A stretch of DNA of 64,000 nt, taken from contig CAXXYH010000004.1 in the NCBI GenBank assembly GCA_963677925.2, positions 992,001 to 1,056,000 on the forward strand, read 5' to 3'. The notes beneath the pieces were generated by a model. It worked only from the letters and a program-made list of their open reading frames with translations. It searched no databases and was not told the DNA's origin. The stretch comes from Spirochaetia bacterium (lineage in GTDB: Bacteria > Spirochaetota > Spirochaetia > UBA9216). This document shows positions 45,639 to 55,713 of this stretch, in pieces (position 1 is the stretch's first letter; every line of letters begins with the position of its first letter). Made by a program: the position numbers and the translations under genes.

Positions 45639-45668
45639 CACAATTTCATCACATTTGGTTCTTATCTT
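45639..45668 (+). promoter_or_regulatory. Putative OmpR/PhoB-type box and -10 element
   Basis: CACAATT/CACATTT direct repeat with an 11-bp period (45639, 45650) in the -35 region; TATCTT at 45663. Confidence 0.5.
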
Positions 45669-45697
45669 CAAGTAGATATTCATACTGGAGGATACAT

Positions 45698-46948
45698 ATG
45701 AATGATACAAAGAATCAGATCATGATTTTAAGATTACCGCTGATTGCAGCAGCGCTTTTTTTGTTTGTTCTGTCCAATGTTGTTGGAGCCGGAACAATTG
45801 AGGAAGGTGATGCGTCAGTAACTGCAGAAGCAGTAAAAGCGGTGGAAACAGTGGAAGCGGTGGAAACAACTTTGACTCCAAGACAGCAGAGCGTCATCAC
45901 TATTTCAGCCTTCACAGCCAATGGTGACGGTGAAAATCTGAAAAAGGCCATAAATGACGGCTTGGACAATGGACTGACTGTAAATGAAATTGGAGAAGTT
46001 ATGCTTCAGCTCTATGCCTATGCGGGATTTCCAAGAAGCCTTAACGGTACTTCCATGCTGGCTGCGGTGCTTGAAGAAAGACAGGCCGAGGGAAAGATTT
46101 CTCCGCAGGGGATGGAACCTGATTTCTTGGATGAAGGTATTGATAAATACTCGCTTGGTGTAACAAACCTTGGCAGGCTGATGGGCTTTCCTTATAAACA
46201 GGAAAAAGCAGAGACAAACGGTTATAACGATGCAATGGACGCATTTCTGAAAGAACATCTGTTCGCCGATATTTTTGGTCGTAATAACCTGCCTTTTGAC
46301 ATAAGGGAACTTGCCACAGTATCAGCTCTAGCCAGCCTGGAAGGAACCAATTCGCAGATGCTATTTCATATGAGCGCAGCCATGACTGTAGGTTTTACAG
46401 AAGAGCAGATGCGGGATTTCGTAGAAGTTATCAAAGCAGAAATAGGTGAAGAGATGGGTCAGAACGCATCAGCGGTTCTTACTCAGGTTCTGGAACGTCG
46501 TGCCGGAATGGCCGGAGGCGCGCCGCCTGCTCAGGAAGGTTATTCCTATATTCCTGAAGTGTTTCCAAGAGGTCAGAAAAGCGATAATCCGCAGATTTTT
46601 ACAGGAGACAGCTGGGTAGCACCCCTTGTTCCCTTTGATGATGCAGGTGGTGTTCCGGCTGTAAATGTTACTTTTGCACCGGATGCCAGAACAACCTGGC
46701 ATGCCCACAGTTATCAGCAGGTTCTGTTTATAACAATGGGTCAGGGCTTCTATCAGGAGAAAGGTGAGGAGCCAAGAAAGCTTAAAGCCGGTGATACGGT
46801 AATTATTCCTGCAGGCGTGGAGCACTGGCACGGTTCAGCTCCTGGTGAATGGTTTGCTCACATCGCTCTTCTGGTAAGGGTTGAAAGCGATGCGGAAGAT
46901 CTTTGGCTTGACCCTGTCGATGATGAATATTTTTCTGGATTGAATTAG
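45698..46948 (+). CDS. Exported carboxymuconolactone decarboxylase (double CMD) plus cupin fusion
   Basis: Signal peptide; QLYAYAGFPRSLN, HLFADIF, RELAT; cupin VTF.P.ART.WH.H...Q and HWHG. Confidence 0.85.
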   Translation: MNDTKNQIMILRLPLIAAALFLFVLSNVVGAGTIEEGDASVTAEAVKAVETVEAVETTLTPRQQSVITISAFTANGDGENLKKAINDGLDNGLTVNEIGEVMLQLYAYAGFPRSLNGTSMLAAVLEERQAEGKISPQGMEPDFLDEGIDKYSLGVTNLGRLMGFPYKQEKAETNGYNDAMDAFLKEHLFADIFGRNNLPFDIRELATVSALASLEGTNSQMLFHMSAAMTVGFTEEQMRDFVEVIKAEIGEEMGQNASAVLTQVLERRAGMAGGAPPAQEGYSYIPEVFPRGQKSDNPQIFTGDSWVAPLVPFDDAGGVPAVNVTFAPDARTTWHAHSYQQVLFITMGQGFYQEKGEEPRKLKAGDTVIIPAGVEHWHGSAPGEWFAHIALLVRVESDAEDLWLDPVDDEYFSGLN

Positions 46949-46957
46949 GAGGCTATT

Positions 46958-48022
46958 ATGAAGAAAAGAATTTTATGGATTTTATCATTATCAATAATCG
47001 GATTGATTATAGCCGGCTGCAGTACGCAGTCAGGTACGGTAAGTGATACGGATGTTCCGGAAAAACCGGTTTATCTCACTTACGAACTAAGAGACACAGT
47101 AATTATGGAGCCTGTTTATTACGAAAACCGTTATGGCATCACCCTGGCCGGGCATATGTTTATTTCCAAAGACCTGGATAAGGATGCTGAAAATCCTGCC
47201 CTTTTAATCGGCACTCCCTATGGAGGAGTCAAGGAACAGGGAGCCGGTATCTATGCAATGAATATGGCTGAACGTGGTTTTGTCGCTATAGCCTTCGACG
47301 AGTCATTTAACGGCGAAAGCGGCGGTGAACCGGGAGATGTTTCGTCTCCGGACTTCTTTGTTGAGGATTTCAGTGCAGGTGTAGACTTTCTGGGTTCCCT
47401 TCCCTTTGTAGACAGGGATAGAATTGGGGCGATTGGTATCTGCGGAAGCGGCGGTTTCGCTCTGACTGCAGCCCAGGTAGACTACAGAATTAAAGCTGTA
47501 GCTACAGCCAGCATGTACGATATCAGCGCTATGACCCGTTACGGACTCGGAAATTATATGACCGATGAAATGCGCGAGCAGCAGCTGATTCAGATTGGCG
47601 AGCAGCGCTGGACTGACTTTGAAAATGGAACACCGGCCCTCCCTCAAGGCGGTTGGCCGACAGAAGGACCCGCTCCGGGCGTTCCCGAGGGACTTCCGCC
47701 TGCTTTTGCCGAGTTCTTTGAATATTATGGAATGGAGAGAGGCTGGCATCCCAATACTATACCTAACTTCACTCTTACAAGTGCCATGTCTTTTATGAAC
47801 TTCCCTCTTATGAGTTATATCGAAGACATTTCACCGAGACCGATTCTCTTTATAATGGGAGAAAACGCCCACTCACGCTACTTCACTGAAGAGGCTTTTG
47901 AAAGAGCCGGTGAGGCTAAAGAGCTTGTTATAATTCCGGGAGCCAGACATATTGATCTTTATGACAGAGAAGATATGATTCCGTTTGATAAGCTTGAAAC
48001 TTTCTTTGCTGAGAATCTATAA
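46958..48022 (+). CDS. Alpha/beta hydrolase lipoprotein
   Basis: Lipobox IAGC; PYGGVKEQ, GESGG, GICGSGG nucleophile elbow, H.DLYD. Confidence 0.88.
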   Translation: MKKRILWILSLSIIGLIIAGCSTQSGTVSDTDVPEKPVYLTYELRDTVIMEPVYYENRYGITLAGHMFISKDLDKDAENPALLIGTPYGGVKEQGAGIYAMNMAERGFVAIAFDESFNGESGGEPGDVSSPDFFVEDFSAGVDFLGSLPFVDRDRIGAIGICGSGGFALTAAQVDYRIKAVATASMYDISAMTRYGLGNYMTDEMREQQLIQIGEQRWTDFENGTPALPQGGWPTEGPAPGVPEGLPPAFAEFFEYYGMERGWHPNTIPNFTLTSAMSFMNFPLMSYIEDISPRPILFIMGENAHSRYFTEEAFERAGEAKELVIIPGARHIDLYDREDMIPFDKLETFFAENL

Positions 48023-48029
48023 TATAATT

Positions 48030-48057
48030 GTATTCCGGGGATTTCCCCCCGGAATAC
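48030..48057 (+). terminator. Hairpin or weak terminator
   Basis: GTATTCCGGGG-ATTTCC-CCCCGGAATAC. Confidence 0.55.
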
Positions 48058-48070
48058 TTATAGAGAAATT

Positions 48071-48745
48071 ATGATTCGAATACTTATTGTCGACGATGAT
48101 ATGCATTTACGCAGACTTGTTAATACCTACGGGACTCTTGAGGGTTTTATATGCGGGGAAGCCGCTGATGGAAGAGAGGCTTTAGAAAAAATAGCAGGTG
48201 AAGACTACGATATAATTGTGCTTGATGTTCTTATGCCCGGACCTGACGGCTTTGAGACCCTCGGAGAGATTAGAAAGCTGAGTCAGACTCCGGTGATTAT
48301 GCTGACCAGCCGAAGTGAAGAGTATGATAAGCTGAAAGGTTTTAAACTCGGTGCTGACGATTATATCTGCAAGCCGTTCAGTCCGAATGAACTTATTGCA
48401 CGTATAAAGGCTGTCCTTAAACGAAGCAGTTCTTCGGGGGTAGAATTTCTGAAATTCGGTGAATTGACACTTTCACCTGAAACCCGGGATGTTACGCTCG
48501 CAGGAGCATCACTTACTCTGTCGCCAAAAGAATTCGACCTTCTTCATTATCTGGTTAGAAATGAAAAGCTGGTACTCAGCCGGGATCAGCTTTTAGATAA
48601 AGTGTGGGGATATGATTTTTATGGTGATGCCAGAACAATCGATACCCATGTTAAATCTCTAAGAGAGCATCTTGGCGCATACAGGAAGTATATAAAAACT
48701 GTGTGGGGAATAGGATATAAATTTGAATATAAAGAAAATGAGTAG
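48071..48745 (+). CDS. OmpR family response regulator
   Basis: VDDD, LDVLMP, KPF; wHTH with VWG, RTIDTHVK, GIGY. Confidence 0.95.
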   Translation: MIRILIVDDDMHLRRLVNTYGTLEGFICGEAADGREALEKIAGEDYDIIVLDVLMPGPDGFETLGEIRKLSQTPVIMLTSRSEEYDKLKGFKLGADDYICKPFSPNELIARIKAVLKRSSSSGVEFLKFGELTLSPETRDVTLAGASLTLSPKEFDLLHYLVRNEKLVLSRDQLLDKVWGYDFYGDARTIDTHVKSLREHLGAYRKYIKTVWGIGYKFEYKENE

Positions 48746-50180
48746 ATTAAACCTTTTCAGTTCGAGAATCACCTTTCGATTGTGGCTGATTATGATGATT
48801 CTCGTTGTATTCAGTGTTGCTTTTATGTGGGGGATCCAGATCTTTCTGCTGGAACGTAATTATATAAATTCGACTGCAGCAGAAATTCAGAATGAACTGG
48901 AGCCTGGCATCAGGAAAATCGAGGAAGATTCCGGCTCAATTGATGAGTCTCAGTTGGTTTCGCTTAGCAGGTTGACTAACGGGAAAATGCTGGTTTTAGA
49001 GGATGATGGAGATCTTCTATATCTGTACAGTGCCGGGCATAAATTGGGAGAAGACTCCCTTAAATCAATTGAGCCTTTGCTGGATTACTTTCTCAACAGC
49101 AGCGGTTTCGAGATGCTGAAAGAAGGTAGCGCATTTGAGAAAGTGCTGCGTTATGAAGCTGAAACAATTGCTCTGGAAATTGGTATTCCTATCACCCATG
49201 CCGATCGAAAAGCCTACATTGTCTTATATGAGACTCTTGACCAGCTTCAGACTGTTCTGGATATGAACAGAATCCAGCTGATACGATTATCCATAATATT
49301 GACTGTGATATCTGCCGTTATTGCAGCCCTGCTGTCGACTTATTTTGTGAAGCCTATCCGAATACTGAAGAAAACAGTGGATCGTCTGGCCAAAGGTGAG
49401 CTTGATGCAACACCCGGACTTAAATTAAAGGATGAGCTGGGGGATCTGTCTGATTCAGTTGAAGAACTGAGCAAGGCACTTCAGCGGGTTGATTTGCTGC
49501 GTAAAGAGGTAATAGCCAATGTGTCTCATGAGCTTCAATCACCGCTTGCCCTGATTTCGGGATATGCCGAAATGGTGCGCGATATAAGCTGGCGGTTTGA
49601 AGACGCACGAAACGGGGATCTGAACCTTATTGTGAAAGAAGCAGGAAGAATGAGTGAGATGGTAAGCGATATCCTTGATTATTCGCAGCTTCAGGCCGGA
49701 TATATAAAACTCAAGCGTGACTGGTATAACCTTTGTGAGATTGTTGAGGCGGAAAGGGATCACTGTGCACCCGCTGCTGCGGAATTCGGAATCACTATCC
49801 GTATTGAAAGCCCGGCTGAAAACATACCTTTTTTTGCGGATCCGGTTAAAATGTGTCAGGTTATGCGTAATCTGCTGAATAATGCGATAAATCATACAAA
49901 AGACGATCAGGATATCATAATCAGAATACTTGAGGATGAAAATTTGATACGGGTGTCGGTAATAAATTCCGGCGATCCAATTCCGGTGGAAGACCGGGAG
50001 ATTATATGGGAGAAATATCAGCGGAGCCAGCATCAGGGCAGACGGAAAAGAGGCACGGGAATCGGGCTTTCCATTGTAAGTACCTTCCTGAATGCCCATG
50101 GAATGGCTTACGGTGTTGAGTGTTCTGAAGGGATGACGGAATTCTGGTTTGAATGGAATAAGGAAAAAGATTCTTTATAA
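48738..50180 (+). CDS. HAMP-HisKA sensor histidine kinase
   Basis: Two TMs, HAMP, SHELQSPL, NLLNNA, GTGIGL. Start moved to ATG 48738. Confidence 0.92.
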   Translation: MSRLNLFSSRITFRLWLIMMILVVFSVAFMWGIQIFLLERNYINSTAAEIQNELEPGIRKIEEDSGSIDESQLVSLSRLTNGKMLVLEDDGDLLYLYSAGHKLGEDSLKSIEPLLDYFLNSSGFEMLKEGSAFEKVLRYEAETIALEIGIPITHADRKAYIVLYETLDQLQTVLDMNRIQLIRLSIILTVISAVIAALLSTYFVKPIRILKKTVDRLAKGELDATPGLKLKDELGDLSDSVEELSKALQRVDLLRKEVIANVSHELQSPLALISGYAEMVRDISWRFEDARNGDLNLIVKEAGRMSEMVSDILDYSQLQAGYIKLKRDWYNLCEIVEAERDHCAPAAAEFGITIRIESPAENIPFFADPVKMCQVMRNLLNNAINHTKDDQDIIIRILEDENLIRVSVINSGDPIPVEDREIIWEKYQRSQHQGRRKRGTGIGLSIVSTFLNAHGMAYGVECSEGMTEFWFEWNKEKDSL

Positions 50181-50185
50181 TTCCA

Positions 50186-51085
50186 TTATTGCTGCTTCCT
50201 GCCTAAAGAGTTCGCTGTAAAGATTCCGAATATTATGAGAACTGCACTGAATAAGTGAATAATGGTAATTGATTCTTTTAGTACAAAAAATGCAAGCAGG
50301 CCTGAAAAAAGCGGAAGAGTGTAGTAAATCATTCCGGATTTGGCCGGCCCGATAATTTCTATCGATTTACTCCATAAAATAAATGCGATCAGGGATGCGA
50401 ATATACCAACATACAGAATGGAAAGCACTGTAGCAGCGTCAAAAGATGTAGGAGGTGAGGTGACTGTCTTCCATATATAAAATGGTGACAGGAAAATCAG
50501 ACCTGTAATGAAGGTTGCCATTTGTAGAGAGAAAACGCTGAGTCCCTTCGGCTTGCGCTTCAGTAAAATACTGTATGCTGCGAATGTAAACGCTGCGATC
50601 AGCATCCAGAGATCGCCTATTGCAAATGAGATATTTGTCAGTCTTGAGATATCACCTTGTGTAACAAGAAGCACGATTCCATTGATGACAATAATGATTC
50701 CAATCAATTTATTAACGGTGATGGATTCTTTAAAGAATATCCGGGAAAGAATTACTATGAAGATCGGATTAGTGATAGAGATGAGCGACAGGTTTAAAGC
50801 TGTAGTTGTACGGCCTGCAAAATAGATGAGTGTATTAAATATTGTAATGCCTAGGATTGATGTGATTATAATATAGGGTATATTTTTCTTCAGGATATTG
50901 CGTTCGGCAATCATGGGTTTCAGGCCAAGCGGAAGGAAGAATAATACGGCTGTTGCCCATCTCCAGAATGCAAGTTCCAGGGGATGGATGCTGTCGCTGA
51001 GTCCGCGTGCAATTATAAAATTGCCTGACCATATTACAGTTGCTCCGACGGCGAATAGATAACCTTTCGCATTTGTTTTATCCAT
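50186..51085 (-). CDS. DMT/EamA family transporter
   Basis: IWSGNF..AR; about 10 TM segments; two EamA repeats. Confidence 0.9.
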   Translation of the reverse strand: MDKTNAKGYLFAVGATVIWSGNFIIARGLSDSIHPLELAFWRWATAVLFFLPLGLKPMIAERNILKKNIPYIIITSILGITIFNTLIYFAGRTTTALNLSLISITNPIFIVILSRIFFKESITVNKLIGIIIVINGIVLLVTQGDISRLTNISFAIGDLWMLIAAFTFAAYSILLKRKPKGLSVFSLQMATFITGLIFLSPFYIWKTVTSPPTSFDAATVLSILYVGIFASLIAFILWSKSIEIIGPAKSGMIYYTLPLFSGLLAFFVLKESITIIHLFSAVLIIFGIFTANSLGRKQQ

Positions 51086-51286
51086 CTTGAATTAATCCTC
51101 GTTTATGATTCAGATTGCTGAACTGAAAATGTATCATATACGGGGCAGCCGGGAAAGGCATGTAAAAATAATTGCATCGGTAGATTGCTTCGAAAGGTAT
51201 ACAGAAGCTAGTAGTTGTAATTTATCACCGGGAGTATTAGCTGCATGATGAATGGCTGTGAGCTCTCCCGTTTTGAATGGTCTAAA

Positions 51287-52108
51287 TCAGCCGAACATCA
51301 GTTCGATGCTGTCCTTTAATCCCTGCTTTAATACTGATTGATCCATAACCTGCACCTTTGTTGAGAATGCTTCATATGAAATGGGTCCTGTGTATCCGCC
51401 AGAAATAAGTGCATGAATCTGCTCGATATTTCCCATGCAGTCCTCTTTTGTAACAAGGATTCTGTCATCATCAGTTATTTCTGCTTTCTTTTTTCCGGGG
51501 AGGACTCCGGAGATGTGGATAAGTCCTGTTTCTTCGGGAAATACTTCGGTCTCACCGGCAAGATAATGGTGGAATGTGTCGTGGGTTGTTTTGTAAACAG
51601 AAGAAAGGTTTGCCTCTCTGATTGCGGCAACGGCCTGTGCTTTTGTTCTTACACTGCATATTTCAAAGCCAAGAGGTTCGATTAAGCCGGTCATTCCGTT
51701 AATGTTAAAAATATCCGCGTAACCTTTGAGTGCTGCGACCAGATCTTTCTGCTGCAGCTCTTTGCTGCGTTTATCATCAGGATCGTTTACTGGACAGAGT
51801 ATAATCATAGGGCAGCTGACGCTTTTTGCTGTTTCTATAAGTTCTTTAAGCTCCTGCTTTTTATTTTCAAGCAGAGCCGGGTCGTTAAATCTCTGCAGCG
51901 CATTTACTGTCAGAATTTCGATACCTGTGTCGGCTGCAGTTTTTTTGATCTGCTCAGGGGTTTCACTGCCCAGAACTCTATTATCAGGAAGATCATTTCG
52001 AAGTTCGATTCCTGTAAAACCGCATTCAAGTGCGAACTTTAGAAAGGATGATACGGATGATTCGGGTCTTATTATCTGGTTAAGAGAAAGTTTGTTTGAT
52101 ATTTTCAT
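51287..52108 (-). CDS. Xylose-isomerase-like TIM barrel, IolI-like inosose isomerase (paralog 2)
   Basis: ELRND, NALQRFN, EPLGF, DTFHH, HISGV, S.E.F. Start 52108 follows GGAG. Confidence 0.75.
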   Translation of the reverse strand: MKISNKLSLNQIIRPESSVSSFLKFALECGFTGIELRNDLPDNRVLGSETPEQIKKTAADTGIEILTVNALQRFNDPALLENKKQELKELIETAKSVSCPMIILCPVNDPDDKRSKELQQKDLVAALKGYADIFNINGMTGLIEPLGFEICSVRTKAQAVAAIREANLSSVYKTTHDTFHHYLAGETEVFPEETGLIHISGVLPGKKKAEITDDDRILVTKEDCMGNIEQIHALISGGYTGPISYEAFSTKVQVMDQSVLKQGLKDSIELMFG

Positions 52109-52149
52109 TATGCTCTCCAAAATAAGTATTCAGATTCACTGTAGAATAA

Positions 52150-52237
52150 ATGATAGCATAAAAATTGTATTTGTCAATTTAATTATGAAACATAGTTACG
52201 TAATTAAATTGACAATTCTAAAGTCCGGTGTAATAAT
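52150..52237. promoter_or_regulatory. Back-to-back divergent promoters built on a 45-bp inverted repeat
   Basis: TTGTCAATTTAATTA-N15-TAATTAAATTGACAA (52171-52215); each arm supplies a TTGACA. Candidate -10 elements: TGCTATCAT (minus) and TGTAATAAT (plus). Confidence 0.7.
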
Positions 52238-52261
52238 TCAAATAAAATACTGATTTGGAGG

Positions 52262-53524
52262 ATGATGATGACAGGAAAGGAAAGGCTGCAGAAAGCACTT
52301 GCACATCAGGAAGGCCCTGTTTCGGTAGATTTCGGGGCGGCAACCATTTCCGGAATGCACTGCAGCATAGTTGAGAAACTGAGAAATTATTATGGTCTTG
52401 AAAAAAGATCTGTTAAGATACATGAACCCTACCAGATGCTTGGGTATATAGATAGTGACCTTGCTCAGGCTGTGGGTGTGGATATCAAAGGGATTTTTGC
52501 GCGTAATACTGCATTCGGTTTTCCTGTTGAAGATTGGAAAGAGTGGAAGACGCCCTGGGGGCAGGATGTGCTTGTTCCAGGCGGATTTAATGTTACTCAG
52601 GAAGGCGGGGAGGTCTATATATATCCGCAGGGGGATATGACTGTTGCCCCGAGCGGTAAAATGCCGGAAGGCGGTTATTTTTTTGACAGCACCAACCGGC
52701 AGAAACCGATAGTAGAGAATGATTTAAAAGCAGAGGACAACCTTGAAGAGGTTGAGCTTTTTACTGATGATGATTTAGCATACTTTAAAAGAGAAATTGA
52801 AGAGGCAAAAAAGACCGGGCTGGGTATTATTGTAAACTTCGGGGGAATGGCCTTCGGTGATATTGCCGAGGTTCCCGGGCCGGGGCTTAAGGATCCGAAG
52901 GGGATTCGGGATGTCACTGAATGGTATGTTTCAACTCTCACGAGGTCCAAACTGATTCATGAGATTTTTGAAAAGAGGGCTGAAGCTGCACTTGAAAACC
53001 TTAAGCGGGCATATGCAGTAGTCGGCAACGGTCCGGATGCTGTTTATATCTGCGGAACTGACTTCGGTACTCAGAACTCTCTATTCTGCTCAATTGATAC
53101 TTATGAAAACCTGTATGCACCATATTACAGAATCCTGAATGACTGGATCCATGAGAATACCGAATGGAAAACATTCAAGCACTCCTGCGGTGCAGTCGAA
53201 CCGTTTATGCAGCATTTTATCGATTCCGGTTTTGATATTATAAATCCTGTGCAGTGCTCCGCAGCAGGAATGGAGCCTCAGCTTCTGAAAGATCGTTATG
53301 GAGAGAAGCTGGTTTTCTGGGGCGGTGGAATAGATACTCAGCAGACACTTCCGTTCGGGACTCCAGCGCAGGTTAAAGCAGAGGCTGAATCAAGGCTGAG
53401 GATTTTCAGTTCGGGTGGCGGTTATATTTTTAACTCAATACATAATATTCAGGCTGGAACCCCGGTGGAGAATGTTGCTGCACTGATAGAGTCAGTTCAC
53501 TCGTTTAACAGGAGCAGGGAATAA
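52262..53524 (+). CDS. URO-D / MtaA-CmuA methyltransferase family protein
   Basis: DFGTQ, KHSCG, G.DIINPVQ, FWGG.IDTQ..LPFGT, GGYIF...HNIQ. Confidence 0.8.
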   Translation: MMMTGKERLQKALAHQEGPVSVDFGAATISGMHCSIVEKLRNYYGLEKRSVKIHEPYQMLGYIDSDLAQAVGVDIKGIFARNTAFGFPVEDWKEWKTPWGQDVLVPGGFNVTQEGGEVYIYPQGDMTVAPSGKMPEGGYFFDSTNRQKPIVENDLKAEDNLEEVELFTDDDLAYFKREIEEAKKTGLGIIVNFGGMAFGDIAEVPGPGLKDPKGIRDVTEWYVSTLTRSKLIHEIFEKRAEAALENLKRAYAVVGNGPDAVYICGTDFGTQNSLFCSIDTYENLYAPYYRILNDWIHENTEWKTFKHSCGAVEPFMQHFIDSGFDIINPVQCSAAGMEPQLLKDRYGEKLVFWGGGIDTQQTLPFGTPAQVKAEAESRLRIFSSGGGYIFNSIHNIQAGTPVENVAALIESVHSFNRSRE

Positions 53525-53529
53525 TGCGA

Positions 53530-53558
53530 TTGACTCAGGTACAGCATATCCCTACAAT
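53530..53558 (+). promoter_or_regulatory. sigma70 promoter of the ROK regulator (near-leaderless)
   Basis: TTGACT-17 bp-TACAAT with the ATG 8 nt downstream and no SD. Confidence 0.6.
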
Positions 53559-53566
53559 CTTTCTGG

Positions 53567-54817
53567 ATGAAAGTGCATCATAAAGAGCAGGGGCAGAAAC
53601 CCAGGAATATCAGAACACAAAACCGCAGGATTATTCTCGATTTATACCATCGCAATGAGGGTTTGTCGGTGACCGAGGTGTCTGACCAGGCAGGTCTCAG
53701 CAGAACAACTGTTATGAAGGTTGTGCAGCAGCTGCTGGAGGACGGGCTTCTTGTTGAATCGGGAAAACGGTTTATCAATGAATCAGGCGGAAAGAGACCT
53801 GTTATCTACAGCTTTAACAGCAGGATAAAGCTGATAATTACTGCTTATATCCAGTATGAAAAAATACTTCTGAGGGTTTTTGATTTAAGATTTAATGTCC
53901 TGTTGGATGATACTGCCGAAATTACCAGAAATATGGATTTAACCGATATTGCAGGAAAGATCGGCGGTATGATAGAACGTGGAGTAAAGACAAATGAGGC
54001 TTTTTCGGAGTCTGATTTTCTTGCCTGTATGATTGGTCTCCACGGAAATATAGATCTAAGTTCCGGTATCTGCCTCCAGGCTACTCATTTTCATTCATGG
54101 GGACTTAACCGCAATGTCCGGGATATCTTTGAAAATGAACTTGCGCTGAATTGTCCAGTCTATATTGATAACTGGATCAGATTTAAAACTTTCGGGAAGA
54201 GCCGAACCGGTTCTGCTGAAAAGAAGGGCGCTTTTCTTCTTCTTGATGCGGGCTGGCATGGTGTCGGGCTTGGAGTTCTTCAGAACGGCGAGCTGTATCA
54301 GGGGAAGAATAATGTAGCCGGCGAGATCGGTCACTTCAGAGTTAATTATGAGGATAAAGAGGAGTGTTTCTGCGGCAGCAGGGGCTGTTTTGAACAGCAG
54401 GTAATGCTGGAACGGCTGCATGAAAGAGCCGAGGCAGATGCGGATAAGTATCTTTCCAGCCCGCTTTCCGATACAGCAGGCAGCTTTACTTATGAGGACC
54501 TTTTTAATGCCGCGGATTCCGGGGACGCTTTTGCGTGCAGCCTTCTGGATCCTTTGATCGGCTGGTTTGCCGCAGTGGTTTCATACCTGATATTGTTTAT
54601 GGATCCTGATGTGTTGTCCATTGAGGGAGAGTATGCTTCCGGCTGCCGTTATTTTGAAAACGGTCTGATATCAGCTCTTAAGGAAACCGCTCTCCCGAGA
54701 ATTGCTCGCGGAGAGGTTGTCAGGTTCAGAAAGAGCGGAACAGATTCTGTCCTTCTTGGTGCTGCAATTTCTGCCTATGAGATGTACTTTCCAGCTTTCT
54801 CTGAAAGTGGTATGTAA
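53567..54817 (+). CDS. ROK family transcriptional regulator
   Basis: N-terminal wHTH, GGKRP, AGEIGH, C.CGSRGC.E. Confidence 0.9.
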   Translation: MKVHHKEQGQKPRNIRTQNRRIILDLYHRNEGLSVTEVSDQAGLSRTTVMKVVQQLLEDGLLVESGKRFINESGGKRPVIYSFNSRIKLIITAYIQYEKILLRVFDLRFNVLLDDTAEITRNMDLTDIAGKIGGMIERGVKTNEAFSESDFLACMIGLHGNIDLSSGICLQATHFHSWGLNRNVRDIFENELALNCPVYIDNWIRFKTFGKSRTGSAEKKGAFLLLDAGWHGVGLGVLQNGELYQGKNNVAGEIGHFRVNYEDKEECFCGSRGCFEQQVMLERLHERAEADADKYLSSPLSDTAGSFTYEDLFNAADSGDAFACSLLDPLIGWFAAVVSYLILFMDPDVLSIEGEYASGCRYFENGLISALKETALPRIARGEVVRFRKSGTDSVLLGAAISAYEMYFPAFSESGM

Positions 54818-54854
54818 ACAAAAACCCCGGTGACAGTTTCCGGGGTTTTTGTTT
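54816..54854. terminator. Bidirectional intrinsic terminator
   Basis: AAACAAAAACCCCGG-loop-CCGGGGTTTTTGTTT. Confidence 0.88.
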
Positions 54855-54885
54855 GAAATTGGTTTTTATTCTGTATTCTGAAGAA

Positions 54886-55713
54886 TCAGCTGAATATCAG
54901 TTCAATACTGTCTTTTAGTTCATTTTTTAATTCTGTTTTGTTCATGCACTGAATATCAGGCGAAAACGTTTCGTAGGAAACCGGGCCCTTATATCCGGCT
55001 TCAAAAAGAGCGTTTACCTGCATGATGTTGTCCATGCAATCCTCATCTGTTACAAAGATTCTGTCCTCGTCGGTTATGCTGCTTTTTTGCTTTCCCGGCA
55101 GAACTCCGGAAATGTGAATAAGACCTGTCTCCTCAGGGAAAAACTCTGTCTCTCCGCTCAGGTAATGATGAAATGTGTCATGTGTTATTTTATAAACGGA
55201 TGAAAGACCGGTTTCCTGTATTGCTGCAACCGCTGCAGCCTTTGTTCTCACACTGCAGATAGGAAATCCAAGCGGTTCAATAAGTCCTGTGATTCCGTTG
55301 TCACTGAAGATGGAGGCATATTCTTTAAGTGCTGCTATCAGATCTTTGTGCTGATGAGCTGACTCCCTTGTATCAGCCGGGTCGTTGACCGGACACAGTA
55401 TAATCATGGAACAGTCTATGCTCTTTGCCGTCATCACTAGTTTTTTCAGTTCCTTTTTTTTGTCTCCGAAAAGTTCCGGATCGTTAAAGCGCTGCAGGGC
55501 GTTTATTGTTAATATTTCAATCCCTGTCTCAAGGCAGGCTTCTCTCACCTGATCGGGTATTTCAGCTCCTAAAACCCGTCGATCCGGCAGATCGTTTCTG
55601 AGTTCAATTGCTGAAATACCGCACTCCGATGCAAACCCTATAAATTTTGTAACCGAAGACTCTGGTCTGATTATCTTGTTAAGTGATAACTTTACAGGAT
55701 ATTTAATTCCCAT
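54886..55713 (-). CDS. IolI-like inosose isomerase, TIM barrel (paralog 1)
   Basis: Same motifs as 51287..52108; last gene of the iolG operon. Confidence 0.75.
   Translation of the reverse strand: MGIKYPVKLSLNKIIRPESSVTKFIGFASECGISAIELRNDLPDRRVLGAEIPDQVREACLETGIEILTINALQRFNDPELFGDKKKELKKLVMTAKSIDCSMIILCPVNDPADTRESAHQHKDLIAALKEYASIFSDNGITGLIEPLGFPICSVRTKAAAVAAIQETGLSSVYKITHDTFHHYLSGETEFFPEETGLIHISGVLPGKQKSSITDEDRIFVTDEDCMDNIMQVNALFEAGYKGPVSYETFSPDIQCMNKTELKNELKDSIELIFS

Noticed and set aside
45829-45870. Short repeat GCGGTGGAAACA encoding AVETVEAVET
   Set aside because: A low-complexity linker after the signal peptide, with only two near-copies.
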